Notes: generated by a model not told the origin, from the sequence alone. Shown: positions 19,979 to 31,192, counted from the first letter of the stretch. The stretch: DNA of 64,000 bases from Candidatus Eiseniibacteriota bacterium (GCA_963717935.1 CAVQXP010000002.1:128001-192000); one strand, 5' to 3'. A program made the numbers and translations.

Positions 19979-20124
19979 AGTCTGCCACAGCGTTTCGCGG
20001 AGCGTCAAGGAACGCGCGCCGCGCCGCGCGCTCGCCAGGCAGCGGACTCGACGTCGCTCGTCCCGCGATGCGACGGAAGGATACCGCCATTGCCTTGACA
20101 CCCCGCGCCCGCCCCGGGCAGACT
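19979..20124. promoter_or_regulatory. Divergent sigma70-like promoters (XRE pair on minus, etf-nuo on plus)
   Basis: Minus: TTGACG(20008-20003)-N18-CAGACT(19984-19979); plus: TTGACA(20095-20100)-N18-CAGACT(20119-20124). Confidence 0.5.
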
Positions 20125-20242
20125 GCGCCGCCGGAGTGACCGTGATGGTCCGACGCCGGGTACGCCCGCGCTTCGCGGAGGCGCCGGGCTGCATCGTGAG
20201 TGCTGGAGTCCTGCCGCGTGTTCGTGGCCGGGCGATCCCGAG

Positions 20243-21001
20243 GTGCGCGTGATCCAGGTGGTCTGCATCAAGCAGGTGCCCGACACCGAGACCCGGGTCA
20301 AGGTGGCCGCCGATGGCCGCAACCTCGACCCCGCCGGCGTGACGTGGGTGCTCAACCCCTACGACGAGTACGCTGTGGAGCAGGCGCTGCGCGTCCGTGA
20401 TCAGCAGGGTGGGGGCGAGGTGGTGGCGGTCTCCGTGGGGGGCCCCGGGGTGCTGAGTGCGCTGCGCAACGTGCTGGCGCTCGGCGCCGACCGCGCGGTC
20501 CACCTCAAGACCGACGTGACGGCGCCCGACCCGCTGAGCCTGTCCCGCGCGCTGGCCGCCGAGTTGCGCGGCCTGGACGCCGGCCTGGTCTGGTTCGGCA
20601 AGCAGGCGGTGGACGACGACCAGGCCCAGGTGGGCCCGATGACGGCGGAATTGCTGGGCCTGCCCTGCGCGACCGTGGCTGCGACCTTCGTCCTCGAGGG
20701 CGACCGGGCCACGGTGGAGCGCGAGATCGAGGGCGGCCGCGAGGTCGTGGAGTTGACGCTGCCGGCCGTGGTCACGGCGGAGAAGGGCCTGAACGAGCCG
20801 CGCTACGCCTCGCTCAAGGGCATCATGGCTGCCAAGAAGAAGACGATCGAAGAGAGGCCTGCCGAGTTGGGCGAGCCCAGCCTCGAGGTCGTGGCTCTGG
20901 TGTTGCCGCCGCCGCGGGCCGCGGGCCGCATCGTCGGGCAGGGCCCGCAGGCGGTGGCCGAGCTGGTGCGGGTGCTGCGCGAGGACGCGAAGGTCATCTA
21001 G
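20243..21001 (+). CDS. etfB: Electron transfer flavoprotein beta subunit
   Basis: CIKQVPDT, NPYDEYAVEQA, GKQAVDDD, NEPRYASLKGIMAAKKK. Confidence 0.96.
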   Translation: MRVIQVVCIKQVPDTETRVKVAADGRNLDPAGVTWVLNPYDEYAVEQALRVRDQQGGGEVVAVSVGGPGVLSALRNVLALGADRAVHLKTDVTAPDPLSLSRALAAELRGLDAGLVWFGKQAVDDDQAQVGPMTAELLGLPCATVAATFVLEGDRATVEREIEGGREVVELTLPAVVTAEKGLNEPRYASLKGIMAAKKKTIEERPAELGEPSLEVVALVLPPPRAAGRIVGQGPQAVAELVRVLREDAKVI

Positions 21002-21017
21002 GGGGCGGGGGGCAAGG

Positions 21018-21995
21018 ATGAGCATCCTGGTCTTCATCGAGCAGCGCGACGGTCAGCTGCGCGCGGTCTCGCGCGAAGCGCTGGGCGAGGCCACGCGTCT
21101 CGCGGCCACGCTGGGCGGGCCCGTCGTGGGCGTCTGCCCGGCCGCGGCGGACCCGGGCCTCGCCGCGCTGGGCGAGGCGGGCGCGGAACGCGTGCTGCTC
21201 GCCGCGCATCCGGCCTTCGCCGTCTATGACGCCGCCGGCTACGCCCGCGCCGTGGCGGCCGCGGCGGAAACGCTGAAGCCGGCGGTCGTGCTGTTCGGTG
21301 CCTCGACGATGGGCCGCGACCTGGCGCCCCGCGTGGCTGCGCGCCTGGGGGCGGGACTCGCCACCGACTGCACCGCGCTGACCGTCGAGGATGGGCGCCT
21401 GGTGGCGTCGCGGCCGGTCTTCGCGGGCAAGGCGCTCCAGAAGGTGGCCTTCCCGAAGGCTCCGGCCCTCGCCTCGCTGCGTCCCAAGGTGTTCGCACCG
21501 GTGGCGCTCGGTGGGAAGAGCGCGGCCGTCGAGCCGATGGCGGTGGACTTCGACGCGGCTGCCTCGCGCGCGAAGGTGCTGCGCGTGACCGCGGCGGGTG
21601 CGGGCAAGGTGGACCTGACCGAAGCCGAGGTCATCGTCTCGGGCGGGCGCGGCATGAAGGGCCCGGAGCACTTCCGGCTGCTCGAGGACCTGGCCGCGGC
21701 GCTCGGCGCGAGCGTCGGCGCGTCGCGCGCCGTCGTGGACGCGGGCTGGCGGCCGCACTCGGAGCAGGTGGGGCAGACCGGCAAGACGGTCTCGCCGAAG
21801 CTGTACGTGGCGGTGGGCATCTCGGGCGCCATCCAGCACCTGACCGGCATGACGTCCTCGCGCTGCATCGTGGCGATCAACAAGGACGCCGAGGCCCCCA
21901 TCTTCAAGGTGGCGGACTACGGGATCGTGGGCGACCTCTTCGAGGTCCTGCCGGCGCTCACGGAAGCCGTGGAGAAACTCAACGCGCACCCCTGA
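21018..21995 (+). CDS. etfA: Electron transfer flavoprotein alpha subunit
   Basis: DLTEAEVIVSGGRG, QVGQTGK, GISGAIQH, AINKD. Confidence 0.96.
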   Translation: MSILVFIEQRDGQLRAVSREALGEATRLAATLGGPVVGVCPAAADPGLAALGEAGAERVLLAAHPAFAVYDAAGYARAVAAAAETLKPAVVLFGASTMGRDLAPRVAARLGAGLATDCTALTVEDGRLVASRPVFAGKALQKVAFPKAPALASLRPKVFAPVALGGKSAAVEPMAVDFDAAASRAKVLRVTAAGAGKVDLTEAEVIVSGGRGMKGPEHFRLLEDLAAALGASVGASRAVVDAGWRPHSEQVGQTGKTVSPKLYVAVGISGAIQHLTGMTSSRCIVAINKDAEAPIFKVADYGIVGDLFEVLPALTEAVEKLNAHP

Positions 21996-22034
21996 GCCGG
22001 GCAGTCGCCGGCCGGGAGCGCAGGGTGGAGTCGA

Positions 22035-22388
22035 GTGACCGAGTATCTGCCGATCCTGATCGCGCTGCTGGTCGCCGTGGGCTTCGTCGTGGTCGTGATG
22101 GTCGCGTCCTCGCTCGTCGTCCCCATGCGGCGCAACGCGATCAAGAACAGCCCCTACGAGTGCGGCATCGAGCCGGTCGGTGGCGCCCGCCAGCGCTTCC
22201 CGGTGAAGTTCTACCTGGTCGCGGTGCTCTTCATCCTGTTCGACATCGAGGCGGTCTTCCTCTACCCCTGGGCCGTGAGCTTCCGCCAGCTCGGACTGTA
22301 CGGGCTGATCGAGATGGTGCTCTTCATCGTCATCCTGTTCGTCGGTTACCTGTATCTGCTGAAGAAGCGGGCGCTGGAATGGGAGTGA
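22035..22388 (+). CDS. nuoA: NADH-quinone oxidoreductase subunit A
   Basis: [20 protein letters not shown]. Confidence 0.96.
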   Translation: MTEYLPILIALLVAVGFVVVVMVASSLVVPMRRNAIKNSPYECGIEPVGGARQRFPVKFYLVAVLFILFDIEAVFLYPWAVSFRQLGLYGLIEMVLFIVILFVGYLYLLKKRALEWE

Positions 22389-22431
22389 GCCGGGTGGTCG
22401 TCCCCGTCGGCCCCCGCGCCGGAGGCGTGTC

Positions 22432-23040
22432 ATGACGGAGCGCAGGGAACCCGGAGCCGCCGACCCCCTGCGGATCCTCGGGGCACTGCCGTCGCCGCCG
22501 GTCGGCGAGGAGGACGCGCTGCGCGAGGAGCTCGAGCGCGCCCTGTTCTTCACGAAGGCCGACAGCCTGATCGGCTGGGCGGTGAACCAGTCGCGCGCGA
22601 ACTCGATCTGGCCGCTGGGCTTCGGCCTCGCCTGCTGCGCCATCGAGATGATGTCCACGCTCGGCCCGGGCTTCGACCTGTCGCGCATGGGCGCCGAGGT
22701 CATGCGGCCCTCGCCGCGGCAGGCGGATCTCATGATCGTGGCCGGGCGCGTGAGCCTCAAGATGGCGCCGGTGCTGCGCCAGCTCTACGAGCAGATGCCC
22801 GACCCCAAGTGGGTCATCTCGATGGGCGCCTGCGCCTCCTGCGGCGGGATCTTCAACAACTACGCGATCCTGCAGGGCGTGGACAAGATCGTGCCCGTGG
22901 ACGTCTACGTGCCCGGTTGTCCGCCGCGGCCCGAGGCGCTCATCTACGGCATCATCAAGCTGCAGGAGAAGATCCTCGCCTCGGGCGTCGAGCTCGGGCC
23001 GCTCTGGCGCCGGAGCCGGAAGAAGAAGGGGGCCGCGTGA
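22432..23040 (+). CDS. nuoB: NADH-quinone oxidoreductase subunit B
   Basis: [31 protein letters not shown]. Confidence 0.96.
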   Translation: MTERREPGAADPLRILGALPSPPVGEEDALREELERALFFTKADSLIGWAVNQSRANSIWPLGFGLACCAIEMMSTLGPGFDLSRMGAEVMRPSPRQADLMIVAGRVSLKMAPVLRQLYEQMPDPKWVISMGACASCGGIFNNYAILQGVDKIVPVDVYVPGCPPRPEALIYGIIKLQEKILASGVELGPLWRRSRKKKGAA

Positions 23041-23603
23041 CGCCGCTGACCCCGGAGCGCATCGAGGAGCGGCTGCGCGAGCGCTTCCCCGGCGTGGAGT
23101 TCCGCCGCCAGAGCGGCGAGGCGGTGCGCGACCACACGATCCACCTGCCGGCCGGGAACCTGGTCGAGGTCTGCACCTTCCTGCGCGACGACCCGGAACT
23201 GGACTTCGCCATGCTCTCGTGGATCTCCGGCGTGGACTGGCTGCCCCGCGAGCCGCGCTTCGAGGTGGTCTACGGGCTGCTCTCGCTCTCACGGGCCGTG
23301 CGCCTGCATCTCAAGGTGCGGGTCGGGGAGGAGAACCCGCGCGTCCCCACGGTCACCGGCGTGTGGCCCACGGCCGACTGGCTCGAGCGCGAGACCTGGG
23401 ATTTCTACGGGATCGAGTTCGCCGGGCATCCGAACCTGGTGCGCATCCTGCTGCCCGAGGGCTGGGTGGGCTGGCCGCTGCGCAAGGACTCGCCGCTGGG
23501 CTACGAGGAGGTGGCCTTCACGCACAACACGCCGGACCGCGAGAAGCCCTCGCCCGGGCTCAGGAAGCTCGGGCCGAAGAAGGTGAGATACCGTGCGCAG
23601 TGA
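23037..23603 (+). CDS. nuoC: NADH-quinone oxidoreductase subunit C
   Basis: [32 protein letters not shown] 23037 overlaps the nuoB stop. Confidence 0.94.
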   Translation: MTPLTPERIEERLRERFPGVEFRRQSGEAVRDHTIHLPAGNLVEVCTFLRDDPELDFAMLSWISGVDWLPREPRFEVVYGLLSLSRAVRLHLKVRVGEENPRVPTVTGVWPTADWLERETWDFYGIEFAGHPNLVRILLPEGWVGWPLRKDSPLGYEEVAFTHNTPDREKPSPGLRKLGPKKVRYRAQ

Positions 23604-24772
23604 GACGATGATCCTCAACATGGGGCCCCAGCACCCCGCGACCCACGGCGTGCTGCGCGTGGCGCTGGAGCTGGACGGCGAGACCATCGTCAGGGCCCAG
23701 CCGGTCGTCGGCTACCTGCACACCGGCATGGAGAAGCAGGCCGAGTACAAGACGTACACGCAGTCCATCCCCCAGACCGACCGGATGGACTACCTGGCGC
23801 CCATGTCGAACAACCTGGGCTTCTGCCTGGGAGTGGAGAAGCTGCTCGGCATCGGGCCGCCGCCGCGCGCCCTGCACGCGCGCGTGCTGCTCACCGAGCT
23901 GACGCGCCTCGCGTCGCACCTGGTGTGGCTCGGCACGCACGCGATGGACATCGGCGCGATGTCGATGTTCTTCTACACCTTCCGCGAGCGCGAGCGGATC
24001 CTGGGCATGTACGACCAGGTGTGCGGCGCGCGCATGACCGCCACCTACTTCCGCGTGGGCGGCCTGGCGATGGACCTGCCGGCGGACTTCCTCGAGCGGG
24101 TGAGCCGGTTCCTGGACACCATGCCCGCGCACTTCGCCGAATACGAGAAGCTGCTCACCGGCAACCCCATCTGGCTGGCGCGCACCAAGGGCGTGGCTCT
24201 GCTCTCGAAGGAAGACGCCATCGCGCTGGGGGTCACGGGCCCGGTGCTGCGCGGCTCGGGCGTGAAGTGGGACCTGCGCAAGAGCATGCCCTACGCCGGC
24301 TACGACCAGTACGACTTCGAGGTCCCGGTGGGGGAGCACGGCGACGCGTTCGACCGCTACCTGGTGCGCCTCGAGGAGATGCGCCAGGCCGTGCGCATCT
24401 GCCGCCAGGCGATCGCGAAGCTCCAGCGAGATCGGCCCTGGCGACTACCGCCTGCGCGACTACAAGTACGTGCTGCCGCCCAAGGAGGACGTGAAGACCT
24501 CGATGGAGGCCCTGATCCACCACTTCAAGATCGTGGCGCATGGTTTCTTCCCGCCGGTGGGCGAGGCCTACCAGGGCATCGAGGCGCCGAAGGGCGAGCT
24601 GGGCTTCTATTTCGTCTCGGACGGCACGCCGAAGCCCTGGCGGATGAAGGTGCGCTCGCCGTCCTTCACGAACCTGCAGGCCTTCGACACCATGGTCCGC
24701 GGCCGCCTGATCGCGGACGTCATCACGACCATCGGCACGCTCGACATCGTGCTCGGCGAGGTGGACCGGTGA
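23593..24772 (+). CDS. nuoD: NADH-quinone oxidoreductase subunit D (one extra base near 24423-24427)
   Basis: [26 protein letters not shown]-terminus [17 protein letters not shown] lies in the shifted frame. Confidence 0.92.
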
Positions 24773-25290
24773 GCGGCGCGCCCGCACCGCACGCCGCGCC
24801 GGCCGGGCCCACCGGGCCCGTCGCATGGCCCGCGGCCCTGCAGCCGAAGGTCGAAGAAGCGCTCGCGCACTACCCGAACCGGCGCTCGGCCATCCTGCCG
24901 CTGCTGTGGATCGCCCAGCGCCAGTGGGGCTGGCTCCCGCCCGAGGTGCTGCGCCTGGTCGCGCGCACGGTCGAGCTGCCGGATCCCGAGGTGTTCGGGG
25001 TGGCGACCTTCTACACCATGTTCAACCTGAAGCCGGTGGGGAAGTACCACCTGCAGGTCTGCATGACGCTGCCGTGCTCGCTGATGGGCGCCGACCGCCT
25101 GTTCCAGCACCTCAGCCGGAAGCTGGGCATCGGCCACGGCGAGACCACGCCCGACGGCCGCTTCACCCTGCGCCGGGTGGAGTGCCTGGCCGCCTGCGGC
25201 GGCGGGCCCTGCCTGCAGGTGAACGAGGAGAAGTTCCACGAGAACCTCGACGAGGCCGCGGTGGACCGCCTCCTGGAGACGCTCAAGTGA
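24769..25290 (+). CDS. nuoE: NADH-quinone oxidoreductase subunit E
   Basis: [20 protein letters not shown] (N1a ligands). Confidence 0.94.
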   Translation: MSGAPAPHAAPAGPTGPVAWPAALQPKVEEALAHYPNRRSAILPLLWIAQRQWGWLPPEVLRLVARTVELPDPEVFGVATFYTMFNLKPVGKYHLQVCMTLPCSLMGADRLFQHLSRKLGIGHGETTPDGRFTLRRVECLAACGGGPCLQVNEEKFHENLDEAAVDRLLETLK

Positions 25291-26594
25291 ACACTCCGCG
25301 GGGTCCTCTCCTCTTCAAGGACATCGACACGCCCGGACTCGCCGGGCTGGAGACCTACCGGCGCCTCGGCGGTTACGCCACGGTCTCGAGCGCGCTCGGC
25401 AAGCAGACGCCCGACCAGTGCATCGAGGTGGTGAAGGCCTCCGGCCTGCGCGGGCGCGGCGGCGCCGGGTTCCCCACCGGGCTCAAGTGGAGTTTCGTGC
25501 CGAAGGGGACCGAGCGGCCGAAGTACCTGGTCTGCAACGCCGACGAGAGCGAGCCGGGGACGTTCAAGGACCGCGAACTCATCGAGAAGAACCCGCACGG
25601 CCTCATCGAGGGCATGATCCTCGCCGGCTGGGCCATCCAGGCGAACACCGGCTACGTCTACCTGCGCGGCGAGTTCGGCTGGCTGCAGCGGATCCTCGAC
25701 CAGGCCATCGCCGAGGCGTACGCGGCCGGCCTGCTGGGCCGGGACGTCGCCGGGACCGGCTTCCGCTTCGATCTGCACACGCACCTGGGCGCGGGCGCCT
25801 ACATCTGCGGCGAGGAGACCGCGCTGCTCTCGTCGCTCGAGGGCTGCCGCGGGCAGCCGCGGCTGAAGCCGCCGTTCCCCGCGGTCGAAGGGCTCTACCG
25901 CTGCCCGACCATCGTCAACAACGTCGAGACCCTGCTGAACGTCCCGCACATCCTGGGGCAGGGCGCAGCGTGGTACCGCCAGTGGGGGACCGAGAAGAGC
26001 GCAGGGACCAAGATCTTCAGCGTCTCGGGCCCGGTGAAGCGCCCCGGCAACTACGAGCTGCCGCTCGGGGTGCCGCTGCGGGTGCTGCTCGAGGAGCACT
26101 GCGGCGGGATGCGCGATGGCCTGAAGCTGAAGGCCGTGATCCCGGGCGGCTCGTCGGTGCCGCCGTTGCCGGCCGGCCTGCTCGACACGCCCCTGGACTT
26201 CGAGTCCATGAACGCCGCGGGCACGTTCCTCGGCTCGGGCGGCGTCATCGTCATCGACGAGCAGACCTGCATGGTGGACTCGCTCTGGAACCTGATCCGC
26301 TTCTACGCGCACGAGTCGTGCGGCAAGTGCACGCCCTGCCGCGAGGGCACCTACTGGATGACCGGGATCCTCGAGCGCCTCGAGCACGGCCAGGGCCGCG
26401 CCTCCGACATCGATCTGCTCGCGGACCTGGCGGACAACATCCTGGGCCGCTCCTTCTGCCCGCTCGGCGATGCCGCGGCCATGCCGGTCCAGGGCTTCCT
26501 CAAGCACTTCCGCGCGGAGTTCGAGCACCACGTCGAGCAGAAGCGCTGCCTGGCGAACCGGCGCCGCGAGTCGCGGACGGAGGTCCCGGCATGA
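25287..26594 (+). CDS. nuoF: NADH-quinone oxidoreductase subunit F
   Basis: GRGGAGFPTG, NADESEPG, GAYICGEETAL, ESCGKCTPCREG. Confidence 0.96.
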   Translation: MNTPRGPLLFKDIDTPGLAGLETYRRLGGYATVSSALGKQTPDQCIEVVKASGLRGRGGAGFPTGLKWSFVPKGTERPKYLVCNADESEPGTFKDRELIEKNPHGLIEGMILAGWAIQANTGYVYLRGEFGWLQRILDQAIAEAYAAGLLGRDVAGTGFRFDLHTHLGAGAYICGEETALLSSLEGCRGQPRLKPPFPAVEGLYRCPTIVNNVETLLNVPHILGQGAAWYRQWGTEKSAGTKIFSVSGPVKRPGNYELPLGVPLRVLLEEHCGGMRDGLKLKAVIPGGSSVPPLPAGLLDTPLDFESMNAAGTFLGSGGVIVIDEQTCMVDSLWNLIRFYAHESCGKCTPCREGTYWMTGILERLEHGQGRASDIDLLADLADNILGRSFCPLGDAAAMPVQGFLKHFRAEFEHHVEQKRCLANRRRESRTEVPA

Positions 26595-29293
26595 GCGCGA
26601 AGGTCCGGGTCACCATCAACGGCCGCACGGTCGAGGTCCCGGCCGGCACGCTCGTCACCGACGCCGCGCGCGCGGCCGAGGTGCACATCCCGGTCTTCTG
26701 CTCGCACGCGAAGCTCCCGCCGCTGGGCGCCTGCCGCATCTGCCTGGTCGAGCTCGGCCTGCCGAGGAAGGACCGCGACGGAAAGCCCGTGCTGGGCGCG
26801 GACGGCAGCCCCGAGATCGCCTGGAATCCCAAGCCCCAGACCGGCTGCACCACGCCGGTGAGCGAGGGCATGGTGGTGGTGACCGACTCGCCGGCCGTGG
26901 TCAGGGCGCGCAAGGGCATCATGGAGTTCCTGCTCGTCAACCACCCGCTCGACTGCCCGGTCTGCGACGAGGGTGGCGAGTGCCAGCTCCAGGATCTGGC
27001 CTTCGCCTTCGGCGCCGACTTCTCGCGCATGAGCGACGCCAAGCGCACGTTCGTCTCCGAGAGCCTCGGCCCGGTGGTGAAGAAGGAGGCGAACCGCTGC
27101 ATCGTCTGCATGCGCTGCGTGCGCTACTGCGACGAGATCATGGGCGAGGACGCCCTCACCGCGCACCAGCGCGGCGTGCGCACCGAGATCTCCTCGTTCG
27201 ACCGCCGGCCGCTCGAGTGCGAGCAGTGCGGCAACTGCGTCGAGGTCTGCCCGGTGGGCGCGCTCACCGCGCTGCCCTACCGCTTCAAGGCCCGCCCCTG
27301 GGATCTGCGCCAGCACATCACCGTCTGCCCGTGGTGCTCGAACGGCTGCTCGGTGCGGCTGGGCGTGCGCGGCATGGAGATCCTGCGCGGGCGCGGCACG
27401 GAGCGCCGCGGCGTCAACCAGGAGTACCTGTGCGTGCGCGGGCGCTTCGGCCACGGGTTCGTGAACGACGCCGCGCGGCTGACGAGCGCGCTGGTCCGGC
27501 CCCCGGGCGGGGCCGGGTCGGAAGGCGCGCTGGAGCCGGCCTCGTTCGAGGAGGCGGTCGCCCATGCCGCGGCGCGGCTCGGGGAGATCGCCGCGCGCGA
27601 CGGCGCGGACGCCATCGCCTTCCTCGGCGGCGAGAAGCTCGGCCTCGAGGAGCAGTACCTCTTCCAGAAGCTCGCGCGCGCCGTGCTCGGCACGAACCAC
27701 GTGGACTCGCGCACGCGTCTGGTCGCGCCGCTTCCGGGCACCGCCTTCCTCAAGGCCACGGGCGGCGGGCGCCCGTCGATCTCGCTCGACGAGCTGGGCC
27801 GGACGAAGGAGGTGCTGGTCCTGGGCGACGACCTGCAGGGCGAGTCGCCGTTCCTGCAGGCCGTGCTGATCCGCGGGCAGCACCAGCAGGGCGTGCACCT
27901 GACCGTCGCGCACCCGCGGCGCGTGAAGCTGGCGCGGTCCCGGTTCGGCGGCGAGTGGCTGGGCCTCGGGCCCGGCAGCGAACTCGCGCTCCTGAACGGG
28001 CTCACGCGCGCGGCGCTCGACCTGGGCGATCCGGCGGGGCTGCCCGCCGAGGTCGCGGCCGGGCTCCCGGCGCTCCGGAGCGCGCTCGCGGCGTGGACGC
28101 CCGAGCGGGCGGCGCAGGCGACGGGCGTGCCGGCGGCGGCGATCGTCGCGACCGCCCGGCGGCTGCGCGAGGCGCCGAGCCGAGCCATCCTGTTCGGCCG
28201 TGCCTACGCCGAACACCCGCAGGCGGCCGCCCTGCTGCAGGCGGTCGAGAACCTGGGCTGGGCGACCGGCGCCCTGACGGCCGGCCGCTCGTGCGTCCTC
28301 TTCGCGGGCCCGCAGAGCGGCACGCAGGGCGCGCTCGACATGGGCCTCGCGCCCGACGTGCTCCCGGGCTACGTGCCGCTGGCCGACGCGGCCGCGCGCG
28401 CGCCGTTCGAGAAGCAGTGGAACGCGAAGCTCGGCCCGGCGCCGGGCCTGACCGCGCCCGGGATCCTCGCGGCGGCGGCCGCGGGCCGGGTGAAGGCGCT
28501 CTGGATCGTGGGTGACGAGTGGGTGAGAAGCGCTCCCGACCGCGCGCTCGTGGAGCAGGCGCTGGCGCGCGCCGAGCTGGTGATCGTGAGCGATCTGTTC
28601 CTGACCGAGACCGCGCGCCGCGCGCACGTGGTGTTCCCGGCCGTCTCCTTCGCCGAGAAGGAGGGCGTGGTCGTCAACTGCGAGCGGCGGCTTCAGCGCA
28701 CGGCGCGGGCGCTCTCGCCGCGGCGCGGGGCGAGGAGCGACGGGGAGATCTTCCAGGCGGTCGCGCGCGCGCTGGGGGCGGCCTGGTCCTACCGCACGAA
28801 CGAGGACGTCTTCCGCGAGATCGCGCGCCTGGTGCCCGGCTACGAGGGCCTCTCCTGGGCCACGCTGCTGCCGCTCGGACCGCAGTGGGCGAGCGAGCCG
28901 GCGAGGGTCGCCGCGTCGCTGCTGCCGGCGGCCGACGAACGGCCCGCGGCCGGTGACGGCCTCTGGCTGCTCTCGGGGGCCGTGCTCTTCCAGCAGGGGA
29001 GCCTCGGGCACCGCATCGAGCTGCTCGCCAGACTCGCGGGAGCGGCGTCCGCGCGCCTCCATCCGGAGGAGATCCGGCGCCTCGGCCTGGCCGCGGGCGA
29101 CGCGGTCCTGCTCGAAGGGCCGGGCGGCAGCCTGACGCTCCCGGCGGCCGTGGACGAGGGCGTGCCGCCGGGGGCCGTGTTCGTGCCCCACGCCCACCGT
29201 GACGTCGAGATCAACCGCCTCGGGAGCCCCGGGGGCGCGGGCCTGCGCGTGAAGGCGCGCAAGGCCGGTGTCGCCCTGCGGGCGGGAGTCTGA
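26591..29293 (+). CDS. nuoG: NADH-quinone oxidoreductase subunit G
   Basis: ACRICLVE, HPLDCPVCDEGGEC, CIVCMRCVRYC, CEQCGNCVEVCP, CPWCSNGC; molybdopterin-oxidoreductase-like body. Confidence 0.94.
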   Translation: MSAKVRVTINGRTVEVPAGTLVTDAARAAEVHIPVFCSHAKLPPLGACRICLVELGLPRKDRDGKPVLGADGSPEIAWNPKPQTGCTTPVSEGMVVVTDSPAVVRARKGIMEFLLVNHPLDCPVCDEGGECQLQDLAFAFGADFSRMSDAKRTFVSESLGPVVKKEANRCIVCMRCVRYCDEIMGEDALTAHQRGVRTEISSFDRRPLECEQCGNCVEVCPVGALTALPYRFKARPWDLRQHITVCPWCSNGCSVRLGVRGMEILRGRGTERRGVNQEYLCVRGRFGHGFVNDAARLTSALVRPPGGAGSEGALEPASFEEAVAHAAARLGEIAARDGADAIAFLGGEKLGLEEQYLFQKLARAVLGTNHVDSRTRLVAPLPGTAFLKATGGGRPSISLDELGRTKEVLVLGDDLQGESPFLQAVLIRGQHQQGVHLTVAHPRRVKLARSRFGGEWLGLGPGSELALLNGLTRAALDLGDPAGLPAEVAAGLPALRSALAAWTPERAAQATGVPAAAIVATARRLREAPSRAILFGRAYAEHPQAAALLQAVENLGWATGALTAGRSCVLFAGPQSGTQGALDMGLAPDVLPGYVPLADAAARAPFEKQWNAKLGPAPGLTAPGILAAAAAGRVKALWIVGDEWVRSAPDRALVEQALARAELVIVSDLFLTETARRAHVVFPAVSFAEKEGVVVNCERRLQRTARALSPRRGARSDGEIFQAVARALGAAWSYRTNEDVFREIARLVPGYEGLSWATLLPLGPQWASEPARVAASLLPAADERPAAGDGLWLLSGAVLFQQGSLGHRIELLARLAGAASARLHPEEIRRLGLAAGDAVLLEGPGGSLTLPAAVDEGVPPGAVFVPHAHRDVEINRLGSPGGAGLRVKARKAGVALRAGV

Positions 29294-29298
29294 ACGGG

Positions 29299-30324
29299 AT
29301 GACCGCGTTCTTCCAGGACCCCACGGTCCAGGTCGCCTTCTGGGGGCTCGTCAAGATCCTCGTCATCCTGTTCGTCATGCTCGGGATCGTCGCCTACCTG
29401 ACGTTCTTCGAGCGCAAGATCGCCGGGCACATCCAGTCGCGGCCCGGTCCGAACCTGGTGGGCCCCCGGGGGCTCTTCCAGCCGTTCGCGGACATCCTCA
29501 AGCTCTTCCTCAAGGAGGAGTTCATCCCGGCCCGCGCGAACCGGATCCTCTTCCACGTCGCCCCGATCCTGGCGGTCGCGCCCGCGCTCACCTCGTTCGC
29601 GGTCGTGCCGATCGGGCCCAACTTCTTCGTCACCGACGTGAACGTGGGCCTGCTGGTGTTCCTCGCCATGTCGAGCCTGGGCGTCTATGCGCTGACGCTG
29701 GCCGGCTGGTCCTCGAACAACAAGTACGCGCTGCTCGGCGGCCTGCGCTCCGCGGCGCAGATGGTCTCCTACGAGCTGGCGCTGGGGCTCTCGACCATCG
29801 GCGTGATCCTGCTGGCCGGCTCGCTCTCGCTGGTGGACATCGTCCACGCGCAGAGCGGGGTCCTCCAGCTCGGGCCGCTGGCGCTGCCGCGCTGGTTCGT
29901 GTTCACGCAGCCGCTGGCGTTCGTGATCTTCCTGATCTGCGCCTTCGCCGAGACCAACCGTGCGCCCTTCGACCTGCCCGAAGGGGAGTCGGAGCTGGTG
30001 GGCGGCTTCCACACCGAGTACTCGAGCATGAAGTGGGCGATGTTCTTCCTGGGCGAGTACATGAACATGCTCACCATCTCCTCGATCACGGTGACGCTCT
30101 TCCTGGGTGGCTGGAACGGGCCGTGGCTGCCCGATTCGCTCAAGTTCCTCTGGTTCTTCGGCAAGCTCTTCGCGCTGATCTTCCTCTTCATGTGGGTGCG
30201 GTGGACGTTCCCGCGCCTGCGCTACGATCAGCTCATGGCGTTCGGCTGGAAGGTGCTGCTCCCGATCGCGCTCCTGAACGTGCTGGCGACCGGCGCGGCC
30301 GTCTACTGGGTGGGCAACCGATGA
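29299..30324 (+). CDS. nuoH: NADH-quinone oxidoreductase subunit H
   Basis: [39 protein letters not shown]. Confidence 0.96.
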   Translation: MTAFFQDPTVQVAFWGLVKILVILFVMLGIVAYLTFFERKIAGHIQSRPGPNLVGPRGLFQPFADILKLFLKEEFIPARANRILFHVAPILAVAPALTSFAVVPIGPNFFVTDVNVGLLVFLAMSSLGVYALTLAGWSSNNKYALLGGLRSAAQMVSYELALGLSTIGVILLAGSLSLVDIVHAQSGVLQLGPLALPRWFVFTQPLAFVIFLICAFAETNRAPFDLPEGESELVGGFHTEYSSMKWAMFFLGEYMNMLTISSITVTLFLGGWNGPWLPDSLKFLWFFGKLFALIFLFMWVRWTFPRLRYDQLMAFGWKVLLPIALLNVLATGAAVYWVGNR

Positions 30325-30893
30325 TCACGGTCCTGTTCGTGGCGTTCGCGGCCATCCTGGTGGTCTCGAGCCTGCTCGTCATCCTGCACCGCAGCCCGGT
30401 GGCGAGCGCGCTCTTCCTGGTGCTGGCCTTCTGCTCGCTGGCCGCCATCTACCTGCTGCTCCACGCGGAGTTCATCGGGCTCGTGCAGGTCGTGGTCTAC
30501 GCCGGCGCCATCATGGTGCTGTTCCTGTTCGTCATCATGTACCTGAACCTGGGCCACGACGTCGAGAGCGGCGTGACCCTCGTGCTGCGGCGCGGACTGG
30601 GCTGGCTGCTGGGCGCGGCGCTGGTGGCGGAGGGTGCGCTGCTGATCGCGGGCCGGCTGGCACCCGGGCCGGCCACGCCGCCGGACCTGGCGGGCGCCGC
30701 CGCGGGGCTGGGCAACACGCAGCAGGTGGGCCTGCTGCTCTACTCGCGCTACCTGTTCCCGTTCGAGATCACCTCGATCATCCTGCTGGTGGCGATGATC
30801 GGCGTGGTCGTCATCGCCCGGGGCCGGCGCGAGGAAGTCCCCGCGCCCGCCGCGGCCCCCGCACCGGAAGACGCGCCCGGGGAGGACGCATGA
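30321..30893 (+). CDS. nuoJ: NADH-quinone oxidoreductase subunit J
   Basis: [28 protein letters not shown] overlap with nuoH. Confidence 0.94.
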   Translation: MITVLFVAFAAILVVSSLLVILHRSPVASALFLVLAFCSLAAIYLLLHAEFIGLVQVVVYAGAIMVLFLFVIMYLNLGHDVESGVTLVLRRGLGWLLGAALVAEGALLIAGRLAPGPATPPDLAGAAAGLGNTQQVGLLLYSRYLFPFEITSIILLVAMIGVVVIARGRREEVPAPAAAPAPEDAPGEDA

Positions 30894-31192
30894 TCCCGCT
30901 CTCGTGGCTGCTGCTGCTGAGCGCCGTGCTGTTCTGCATCGGCGTCGTGGGCGTGCTCGTGCGGCGCAATGCGATCGTCATCTTCATGTCCATCGAGCTG
31001 ATGCTGAACGCCGCGAACCTGGCGTTCGTGGCCTTCGCGCGCCACCTGAACTCGCTCGACGGGCAGGTGTTCGTCTTCTTCGTCATGACCGTGGCGGCCG
31101 CCGAGGTGGCGGTGGGCCTGGCCATCATCGTGAACCTGTTCCGTCTGCGGGAGACCGTCTTCGTGGACGAGATCAACCTGCTGAAAGGCTAG
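30890..31192 (+). CDS. nuoK: NADH-quinone oxidoreductase subunit K
   Basis: [28 protein letters not shown]. Confidence 0.96.
   Translation: MIPLSWLLLLSAVLFCIGVVGVLVRRNAIVIFMSIELMLNAANLAFVAFARHLNSLDGQVFVFFVMTVAAAEVAVGLAIIVNLFRLRETVFVDEINLLKG

Noticed and set aside
23593..25290. Apparent NuoD-NuoE fusion ORF (565 aa)
   Set aside because: Artefact of the nuoD frameshift; the true NuoD C-terminus is in another frame ending at 24772, and nuoE has its own GTG at 24769
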